Shown here: positions 9,337 to 18,463 of the stretch, piece after piece | How positions within the stretch are numbered: the first letter of the stretch is position 1 | Layout: the number at the start of each line of letters is the position of its first letter | Source of the DNA: Fonticula alba ATCC 38817 | Lineage: Eukaryota > Protista > Nucleariida | Assembly (NCBI GenBank): GCA_000388065.2 | Contig: KB932206.1 | Reading direction: 5' to 3' (one strand) | Length of the DNA: 18,707 nucleotides | Position numbers and translations under genes: made by a program | Notes under the pieces: model-generated | What the model saw: the letters and a program-made list of their open reading frames with translations, nothing else | Database searches by the model: none | What the model was told of the DNA's origin: nothing

Positions 9337-11364
9337 CCTCGCAGCAGCAAGGCTCTCCCATCGAGGAAGACACGTACCTTGTCAATGTTGCATGGCCACG
9401 GGGTGGATTTGGAACTTTCGTGCAGAGGGACACCCACCGAATGATGGCAAGGCACAAAGCCGAGCTTCTGCTGGGGGAACTTGGCGGACGGGTCGCGCGC
9501 CGGCTCGGGCGGGTGCCGGGCAGCGGCATCAGCAGCCGCCGAGTCACTGGGAATCATCTCCAAGACATCCAGGCCAACGCGGGCCATGAGCTTCATGTTC
9601 AACACGACATACGGGGAATCGGTCAGCTGCACACCCACGCGGGCCAGCTTCGATCCCTTGGGACCCATCAGGAAGGGCACGACATAGAGGGTACGGCCTG
9701 GAGCCAGGGGAAAGGATGGTTAGTGGTGCGAGGGCGGCAAGTACTACAGGCGGGAATGCGAGGCGAGGGGGGCCAGTCAGGCATCGGCCGGCATTTCCAC
9801 ATACCCTCCATGCACTTGTTGAATTTGGCCTTCAGCTCGGCCTTCATTTCAACCGGGCTGCGCCAGTTGTTGGTCGGTCCGGCATTCTTCTTGTCGACCG
9901 GGCAGACGAAAGTCGACTCCTCGGAGCTTTTTTTTCCCCCCCACAGCACGGTTGTGTTAGTGCGGGCTCTTACGGCAATGTGCCAGGACAAGATGGAGGG
10001 GTGATCTTGGGAATGGCCACAGGCGGCATGAAGATCAGCCGGGAAGTAGGGCGGGCAGGGAGGCCTAGACATGAGGGAGGAATGGGACACCCTGTAGACG
10101 CACCGGGCCACGTCCTTCGCGTCGGTCAGGGCAATGAAGCAGTTGGGCCGGAGTTTCGGGTTCAGCGGCTTCATGGTGCCATCGGCAATGCACCGGGCCG
10201 AGAGAAGCTTCTCTTCCTGTGATGGCAGCCGAGAGCCCCAGCAAAGCGAGGGGCAAAGACAGGCGGTCAGGAGGGGTGGGCGCGCGAGGGAGCGAGGGAG
10301 AGGCGAGCGCATGGACGCCGCATTTCCAAGGGCATGGGGACCGGCCAACAGGAGCAGGAGCGCCTGCGCATGGGCCTTGGTGTGGCGGGCCATGGCGGTG
10401 TGTGCGAGACACGATCGGCCGCCAAGGGGGACGCACCTCGGCGCTGCCGGACACAAAGTGAACAGTGGACGGCCCGAAAAGGGCAACGCGGGAGTAGAGC
10501 CACTGCTGGAGAGGGGTCCGCTCACTGACGACCAGCTGCGCGCGCTCGGTGTCCTTGACCATGCGGCTGATGATGTCGGCATAGGGCACGCTGCCGGGGG
10601 CCGCGGAGGCCAGATCCCGGACGCGAGTGTCCAGCAGCCCGCTGGAGAGGATGGCCTGGGCGCGTAGGACTGCCGCCGTGGTCCGCGGAAGGGTCGTGCT
10701 GGGGGCCATGGTGTTCGAGTCGCGCGGCATGGCACTGATTTCCTCCATGAGGGACGAGGAAAAAAGGAGCTGGTCGCGAAGGGGGGGCAGACGCGGCTGC
10801 AGGGGCTCGCCCATTGGCACGTCTCCGGAGGTGAGAATGGTCCCGGCCTCCTGCAGACGGGCCACGTTCTTACGAATGTCCGTCTCCACCGGCTCCTTGG
10901 GCTTTTCCTTCTTCGGCAGGGGGAAGCGAATGCCGAGTGTGGCGAACTGGGCCTGCATGCGAGAGGGGCGGGGCGGGCCGGGGCGGGGCGGGGGCGCCAA
11001 ATGNNNNNNNNNNNNNNNNNNNNNNNNNNNNNNNNNNNNNNNNNNNNNNNNNNNNNNNNNNNNNNNNNNNNNNNNNNNNNNNNNNNNNNNNNNNNNNNNN
11101 NNNNNNNNNNNNNNNNNNNNNNNNNNNNNNNNNNNGGGGGGGGGCAGGGGGAGCATGGGACGGACCTTGGGTAGGCTGCTCAGCACGGCTCCGTGCCGGC
11201 GCGAGGAGGATACAGCGCTGCAGGGCGGATGGCCAGGGGGCGGAGCAATGCCATGGGAACAGCCGCACGGGAAGAGGGGCGCGAGGGGAGATTGGCCATG
11301 GATGAGTGGCGACGGAGCGGGGAGGCGTGGCATCGGTGGCTAAGGCTTCGGCGTACCGGAACAT
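7549..11364 (-). CDS. PCK: GTP-dependent phosphoenolpyruvate carboxykinase with predicted mitochondrial presequence, 8 exons, about 810 aa
   Basis: Exons: 11364-11357, 11217-11166, 10952-10437, 10216-10104, 9926-9805, 9697-9378, 9051-8267, 8065-7549. The total is 2433 nt, all introns are GT-AG and phases are consistent. GTP-PEPCK motifs: [51 protein letters not shown], the P-loop [58 protein letters not shown] and [11 protein letters not shown]. The N-terminus reads [20 protein letters not shown]. The two 5' micro-exons are less certain than the core, and a gap lies in intron 2. Confidence 0.95.
9173..9334. repeat. (AG)9, interrupted (GT)n and (AC)17 compound microsatellite in PEPCK intron 6
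   Basis: (AG)n 9173-9190, (GT)n with interruptions 9190-9285, (AC)17 9301-9334. Confidence 0.95.
11004..11135. other. Assembly gap (132 N) in PEPCK intron 2
   Basis: Run of N flanked by G-rich sequence. Confidence 1.
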
Positions 11365-12421
11365 GGCGCAAAGTTCAACGCTCTCTGGGGAGGCGAAGCA
11401 CGATGGAGGGGTGTAGAAGACAGATCGGGGGAGGCGAAACTGGGAAGGGAGGAGTGGGAGGCGAGCCGTATGGCGGGTGTCTGGGCGCCGTTTCAAAGGG
11501 ACGCCCCTTGCGCTAGGGGGCTTTTTTGCTGCCACCCGCGCGCGCGGCACCGTGAGATCTCTCGGCTGCCGGCCGCAAGGCATAGGACATTCGAGCCAGA
11601 TGCCATAGGGGAGTTATTCGGGGGGGGGGGGGGGGGGGGCCTTGGTGTGGCGGGGGGGGGGCGGGGCGGGGGGGGGCCCGCGGCCCGGACGAAGGGGGGA
11701 AAACACAACAGGAGGAGCCGAACAGAGGGGGAGCCAAAAAAAAGGGGAACCTCGGAGTAGGGGGGGGGGGGGAGAGGACAAAAAACCCGGCGCCGGGGGG
11801 GAGGAGAGGGGGGGGCAGACCCGAATCGCCTATCGACGGTTGAATGACAAAATATGATGCCCAGCCCGCCTGGGGCGTCTATTCCCGAGACATCGAGCGA
11901 AAGACACATGGTGTGTGTGTGTGTGTGTGTGAAAGGGAGAAACCCAATTGGAGGACGGCCTCTCGGGTGAATCATCGGCAAAGAGTTCGGGAGGGGGGAG
12001 GTGAAAATAAAAACAAAGACATGAAATCGAAGCATCTCTCGGGCTGGCGAGGTTAATCGTTGCCGACCTGTTGTCTTCGCCCCAACCAGCGGACCACCCG
12101 AGGTGTTTGTCTACAGGGCGCAGCCCCTTCTGCCCTCCCTATTGTCCGACGGAGGGGCGGGACGGGGGGGGGGGGGGGGGGGTAACACCCATTAATTCCC
12201 GATTCCGGAAACGTGCTCAGCTGTCCTGGACACGCCGAGCTCGTGCTGTCAAGACCGGAGGAGATCATATCCCCGATCCGAGGGAAGCAGGGGGCCTTTT
12301 TGCTGGCCTGGTCGGACGCAACGGCGGTCGGCACGGGGCCGGTGTCAGACTAGCACATACGCCCGGCCGCGCACATATACACAAACTCACGCACGCACGC
12401 ACGCACGCACGCACACACGCA

Positions 12422-12729
12422 CGCCCCGAGACGCTGTGGGGGAGGGGACGCGCGAGAGCGGGCCAAGGTCGGTGGGGTTCCCCGCACACTTGTGGAGGGC
12501 GGCCCCAAGAAGTGAGTTCCCCACAATCGATTTGGAAACAGCTGTCAATCCGACATGTGATACACATGACTCCTACGTGTTTTCTTGGCCCTCGTACATT
12601 GGCGAACGAGCGAATTCCATTCCCACCTGGGGGCCCCGTCGCCCTCCCGGAAGAAGCTATTGGTTACTCATTGGATTGGTCAGAAAAAACGTGTCGCCCC
12701 TCGCTTCACCGGGGCTCATGCTCGGGCGA
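12422..12729 (+). ncRNA. Speculative RNase MRP-like structured RNA candidate
   Basis: CGGGGCTCATGCTC (12710-12723) resembles the recalled human MRP CR-V end (CGGGGCTCATTCTC). GAGTTCCCC (12514-12522) could pair with GGGGCTC as a P4 helix. CGCCCCGAG (12422-12430) can pair with CTCGGGCG (12721-12728) as a P1 helix. Against it: no GAAAG CR-I, no clear GARAR loop and no T-run terminator. Confidence 0.15.
12598..12679 (-). promoter_or_regulatory. Cluster of CCAAT boxes (ATTGG on +)
   Basis: ATTGG at 12598, 12659, 12670 and 12675, three of them within 21 bp, in the divergent PEPCK/aconitase spacer. Function is not demonstrated. Confidence 0.25.
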
Positions 12730-14384
12730 CCAAAAAGCACATTCTACCTGCTACCCCACGGAGGAGGCCGGGGCGATGGGTTTATCCTAAGCTCCTTCAG
12801 GTGCCGGCACGCGCGGGCAGCCGGCATCCTACGTGTAGCTCGAGTCGCCGGGGTGGATCGCCTGGCCGGCGGCGCCAACAACAACCCCCGGTATGCTGGC
12901 GCCGGCGTGCATTGGCCAAATCGCGCGGACGTCGGCCGGCCGCGAGGCCTGGCTCGGGAGAAATGGCGTTCATCCAGGCGCCGCGGGCGCTTCCCCGCAC
13001 CGCAGCTGGCCCTCCCCCGGGCCCCCCGGGAGCCCGCCCCCCCCCCCCCCCCCCCCCCCGGCCACCACCGCACACGCGGTGTGTGGAGGCAGAGTTCCGG
13101 GCCCACCGGGATGCAAGCACGCTCCGAACACGCTGATGATGCGCAAGCAAAGGGAGCTGACTCGCCGGTGTTTCTGCCTTCGAGTTACCCCGCCTGCCAG
13201 TGGTGGAGGATTTTCACATGCAGGTTCCTGCGCTCCCAGGGTGGGTTACGCGGAGCCGGGGCCCTGCGCTTGCCCTCCGTCCGGACCTGGGCACACATCA
13301 TCTGGGCTTGAGCCGCCGCTGTTTTGGGACGTCGCATGAGGCCCCTGGTGGACGGCCGGGGGGTACATGTGCGTCTAGGGCATTTCCTTTTCCGGGGGGG
13401 GGGGGGGGGAAGCGCACAGATGCCCCGGAGAGACTCCGCGCTTGGGGGGATTTGTGGTCGGGTGTCTCCGGCAGGGGCGGCCGGATGTGCCTATCCCATT
13501 TTTATCCTGAATATCGCGGGCTGTCGGGTATTTTTTTCCTGCACTGCATCTCTCCTTTCGGGCAGGCGGACGCACGGGCGGGCGGACGCACGGGCGGGCG
13601 GACGGACGGACGTGGGGACTTCGGCCCGCCCGGGTGGGGAGGTCCTTTGCCTTTGTCCTTTCCATCGCTCTGCTTGAGCACGCCTCTCCCGGCCATGCTC
13701 CTCTGGAAAGATCTCGCATGTCCTCTCCTCGACACCGGAGGGCGCCGGCGCCGCGGCGCGATCGGGCTAATCAGTTGGCAACTTGCCCTGCGAGCGGCGA
13801 ACTAGACACCAGGCATGCATGGTGGTCTCAGGCGCACTGTTCCACCTTGCCCATTCGGTCCAGGGCGGTGGCTCGACCCGGCGAGTGCGCGGCCGGGCCC
13901 CGGCCACGGCGAGAGTGTGCGCGCAGCAGAGCGGGTGCCGGCGCGGGGCGAGTGTCGGTCCGCGTGCAAGGATATTGCCAGACCGGATTCCGTCTCCGGG
14001 ACACCCGCTGGTCGGCGGCCCCCCCCCACCCCCCCCCACCCCCCCTCGCGCCTCGGCTCCCCGTCGATGTGAACGCCAAGCCCGGGACTTGTGCGGTATC
14101 TCTGTTTTCCCCGGCCCCTGCGTTGGGGCACTCAAACGGGACATCCTCTCTCGGCGCATTGTCCGACGCGGGGCTTCCTATGGGCACCTGCCGGAATCTG
14201 ATCGGCTCAGGTGCCCGTGTGTGTCTTCATGCTTGGGCGCAGTCCCCCCCCCCCCCCGTCCCCCGCGCGCCCTTGCAGCCTCGCCGGGGCCCGAGGGATC
14301 CACTCAGGGCCCAGCGCCATCGGTCTTTGACGTTCCCCGGGCTGGTCGCCGGAGTTTGTTGTCTCCAGCCAGGGATGCCAAGTG

Positions 14385-14427
14385 TGGTGGTGGTGGTGGT
14401 GGTGGTGGTGGTGGTGGTGGTGGTGGT
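14385..14427. repeat. (TGG)14 trinucleotide microsatellite
   Basis: Read directly. It is intergenic. Confidence 0.95.
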
Positions 14428-15072
14428 GACGGTGCACGCTCCTGTTCTTCCTAGCACCCCCCCTTCCCCTGGAGATTCCCGCCTTGAACCCCCTAGGGGG
14501 GGGCGAGGGTGCCGGGGACCGGCCAGCGCGGTATCCAGGTCTCCGGGTCCCTGGCAGATGCGGAGTCCGAACAGGGCAGCCCGGCACCGGGGCATGTGTA
14601 CCCGCGTTGTGGACGACCCGGTGTCGGCGCGGAGACTCGGGGGAACACCCACAACCAATCCCAGGACCCCGTCCGAGGCGCCTTGGACCACCCGGTGCCG
14701 GAGGTCGGGTATGTGTGCCGGGCCTGGAGCCGGGGCCTGGAGCCGGGGAGGGGGGGGGGGGGGGGGGGGAGAACGGCTCTCGACTAAAGGTCGGCCCGAG
14801 GCAAGGCAAGGCCCTCCGGTGCGTGTGCGGACGTCTGTGTGCTCTCTCGCCCTCTCTCTCTCTCCCCCCCTCCTGCGGGCACCCATGCCCCGGTGTGGGG
14901 GGCTGGGGCTTTTTTTAGCCGGCGCCCTCCCCGCGGAGCCGCCCCCGGGCGCGCTCGTCACTCTACACGCACAACCAGTGCCCCCGACACCAGCCACCTC
15001 TCCCTCGTTACCTGCCGGTCCCCGATCGCGCAGCCTCTCTCCTCCGACCCTCCACACTTAGATCTCCCCCCC

Positions 15073-15255
15073 NNNNNNNNNNNNNNNNNNNNNNNNNNNN
15101 NNNNNNNNNNNNNNNNNNNNNNNNNNNNNNNNNNNNNNNNNNNNNNNNNNNNNNNNNNNNNNNNNNNNNNNNNNNNNNNNNNNNNNNNNNNNNNNNNNNN
15201 NNNNNNNNNNNNNNNNNNNNNNNNNNNNNNNNNNNNNNNNNNNNNNNNNNNNNNN
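15073..15255. other. Assembly gap (183 N) just upstream of aconitase
   Basis: Run of N. It may hide the first aconitase exon or the splice donor. Confidence 1.
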
Positions 15256-15333
15256 GCTCTCCCCCACCGGTGTGCAGCCCTCCGCCTTGCTCTTCTGCTG
15301 ACCCTCCTCGCGCCCCCGCAGTCCGTCGGTAAC

Positions 15334-17983
15334 ATGGCCGCCGCCGCCGCCGCGCGCCGCACCCTGGCCACCTCGGCTGGTGTCAACTTCCACGACGCCA
15401 AGGTTGCCATGAGCAACCTCGAGAAGGACCAGTACATTCGCTACGGTGACATCGAGGACAACCTCCGCATCGTGCGCGGCCGGTGCGTCTGCCCACACTC
15501 CCCCCGCCCCCGCCCCCGCCCCCGCTCCCCCCGCCCCCCCAGGCCACATATGTGTCCGCCGCTCCTTCGCACCCCCGGCCGGCGGATCGCCTCTAACCCC
15601 ATCGCCCCTCCTCGCTGCAGCCTCAACCGCCCGCTCACCCTGTCGGAGAAGATCGTCTACGGTCATCTTGACGAGCCCCACACCCAGGACATCGAGCGCG
15701 GTGTCTCCTACCTCCGCCTGCGCCCGGACCGCGTCGCCTGCCAGGATGCCACTGCTCAGGTGCGCTTGATGCTTGTCCACTCGTCTTCTTGGCCTTGCTA
15801 GGGCAAGCATATGCGCGGGCGCTCCGATGCATCCTTGCTCCTCCCTCCCTCCCTCTCCCTCTCTCTCCCTCGCGCGCGCGCGCCTGCCCGACTCACACAT
15901 CCCTGCTCCCTCCCCCTCCCTCCCCCCTCCCCCCGCCCGCTTCACCAATCTCCAGATGGCTCTCCTGCAGTTCATGTCCGCCGGCCTGCCCAAGGTGGCC
16001 GTCCCGTCCACCGTTCATTGCGACCACCTGATTGAGGCCCAGATCGACGGTGTGGCCGATCTCAACCGCGCGGTCAACCAGAACAAGGAGGTCTACGACT
16101 TCCTGTCGACCGTGTGCTCCCGCTATGGGCTGGGCTTCTGGCGCCCGGGCAGCGGCATCATTCACCAGATCATCCTGGAGAACTACGCCGTGCCGGGTCT
16201 GATGATGATCGGTACCGACTCGCACACCCCGAATGCCGGTGGCCTGGGCATGATCGCCGTCGGTGTTGGTGGTGCCGACGCCGTGGACGTCATGGCCAAC
16301 ATCCCGTGGGAGCTCAAGTGCCCGAAGGTCATCGGTGTCAAGCTGACTGGCAGCCTGCGCGGCTGGGCCTCCCCCAAGGATGTCATCCTGAAGCTGGCCG
16401 GCATTCTCACCGTCAAGGGTGGCACCGGTGCCATCGTCGAGTACTTCGGCCCCGGTGTTGACTCCATCTCCTGCACGGGCATGGCCACCATTTGCAACAT
16501 GGGTGCCGAGATTGGCGCCACCACCTCGGTCTTCCCCTTCAACCACCGGATGAAGTCCTACCTGGAGGCCACCGGCCGCTCGGAGATCGCCTCGCTGGCG
16601 GACTCCTTCCGCGAGCACCTGCGCGCTGATGAGGGCGCCTCCTACGACCAGGTGATCGAGATCAACCTGGACGAGCTGCAGCCCCACATCAATGGTCCCT
16701 TCACGCCGGACCTTTCGACGCCGCTGTCGGAGTTTGGCGCTCGTGCTCGTGCCGAGGGCTGGCCCCTGGAGCTGAGTGCCGGCCTGATTGGGTCCTGCAC
16801 CAACTCCTCCTACGAGGACATGACCCGCTCGGCCAGCATTGCCAAGTTCGCCAATGACCACGGTGTCGAGGCCAAGTCCAAGTTCCTCATTACCCCGGGC
16901 TCCGAGCAGATCCGTGCCACCATCGTGCGCGACGGGCTGGTCGACATCTTCGATGGCGTCGGTGGCACCGTGCTGGCCAACGCCTGTGGCCCCTGCATCG
17001 GCCAGTGGGACCGCCAGGATGTCCCCAAGGGCACCAAGAACTCCATCATCACCTCCTACAACCGGAACTTCACCGGCCGCAATGACTCCAACCCCCTGAC
17101 CCATGCGTTTGTGGCCTCGCCGGAGATCGTCACCGCCCTGTCGATTGCCGGCTCGCTGGACTTCAACCCGGAGACCGACACCCTGACCGCGCGCGATGGC
17201 ACCCAGGTCAAGCTGCCGGAGCCCAATGGCGCGGAGCTGCCCCCTCGTGGCTATGACCCCGGGGAGGACACCTACCAGGCCCCGCCGGCCGATGGGTCCA
17301 ATGTCGAGGTCCAGATCGACCCGAAGAGCCAGCGCCTGGAGCGCCTGGCCCCCTTCGCCGCGTGGGACGGCAAGGACTTCATCGAGCACCCGGTGCTGAT
17401 CAAGGTCCAGGGCAAGTGCACCACCGACCACATTTCCATGGCCGGGCCCTGGCTCAAGTACCGCGGGCATCTGGACAACATTTCCAACAACATGCTCATC
17501 GGCGCCATCAACTCCGAGAATGGCCAGGCCAACTCCATCTTCAACCGCCTGACCGGCGCCTTTGAGGGTGTGCCGGATGTGGCGCGCCAGTACAAGGCCC
17601 AGGGCATCTCTTGGGTGGTTGTCGGCGATGAGAACTATGGCGAGGGCTCTTCGCGTGAGCATGCCGCCCTGGAGGTCCGGTACCTTGGCGGCAGCGCGGT
17701 CATCGTCAAGTCCTTCGCTCGTATCCACGAGACCAACCTCAAGAAGCAGGGTGTCCTGCCGCTGACCTTCGCCAACCCGGCGGACTATGACCGGATCAGC
17801 CCGCGCGACCGTGTGTCCATCCTGGACCTGGCCAACCTGTCCCCGGGTGTGCCGCTGACCTGCCGCGTCACCCGCGAGGATGGCTCCACCTTTGACATCA
17901 CCCTGAACCACACCATGAACGAGGGCCAGATCTCCTGGTTCCGCCATGGCTCGGCCCTCAACGAGATGGCCAAGAAGGCCTAA
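15334..17983 (+). CDS. ACO1: Mitochondrial aconitate hydratase (ACO1/ACO2 type), 3 visible coding exons, 771 aa from ATG 15334
   Basis: Exons 15334-15482, 15621-15759, 15956-17983. Introns are GTGCGT..CTGCAG and GTGCGC..CTCCAG. Motifs: [48 protein letters not shown], the [4Fe-4S] ligands in [10 protein letters not shown] and [27 protein letters not shown] and SFARIHETN. The N-terminus [15 protein letters not shown] resembles a presequence. The true start may lie in an upstream exon, because a branch point and an in-phase acceptor end at 15321. Confidence 0.97.
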
Positions 17984-18463
17984 GGGGCGGGCGCTCTGTG
18001 TGCGTGCGTGCGTGTGTGTGTGTGGGAGGGGGATGTTTTCTCTCTGTCTCCCTCCCCCCCTCTCCCTCTCTCTCCTGTTCTTCCTGTTCCCTTGTCCCCT
18101 GTCTGTCTCTCTTCCTTTGTGTTTTCCTTGATCGCGCCTGCACGCGACCCCCGCCGGTGGAGGACCATGCTATTGTGTACTTGTATGTATGTGCATGTTT
18201 TCCGCCTCGGGGGAGAATGTTGGAGCAGAGGCAAAAAAAGGAAGGCAGAAAGGGCAGAGGGAGACCGAGAGAGAGAGAGAGGGGCGTTTCTTGCGTGTAC
18301 GCGCGCGTGTTCCCTCATGCCTCAAACAAATATATGCAAGTGCAAATAGCATGGCCCCAAATCGGGGCGCGCGCCTCCACGAGAGTGGGCCTAGCCGGGG
18401 GGGGGGGGGGGGAGAAGGGGAATGCAATGCGTTCATGTGTGTCCCGTCCCCAGGAGTAGACGT

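Noticed and set aside
12436-13311. 291-aa ORF and other ORFs in the 4-kb spacer (including 13634-15061)
   Set aside because: They are Pro/Gly/Arg-rich GC-filler translations with poly-C/G runs. They lack the codon bias seen in the real genes and have no motifs or coherent splice pattern.
14976-14981. CAGTGC, an iron-responsive-element loop upstream of aconitase
   Set aside because: The flanks ACAAC and CCCCG cannot form the 5-bp upper stem, and it may not be in the transcript.
15893-17947. 684-aa antisense ORF opposite aconitase
   Set aside because: It is a shadow frame produced by strong C/G third-position codon bias, with no recognisable motifs.
18347-18358. TAGCATGGCCCC, matching part of U6 snRNA
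   Set aside because: There is no upstream ACAGAGAAGAT box and no downstream U6 sequence, so it is a 12-nt chance match.
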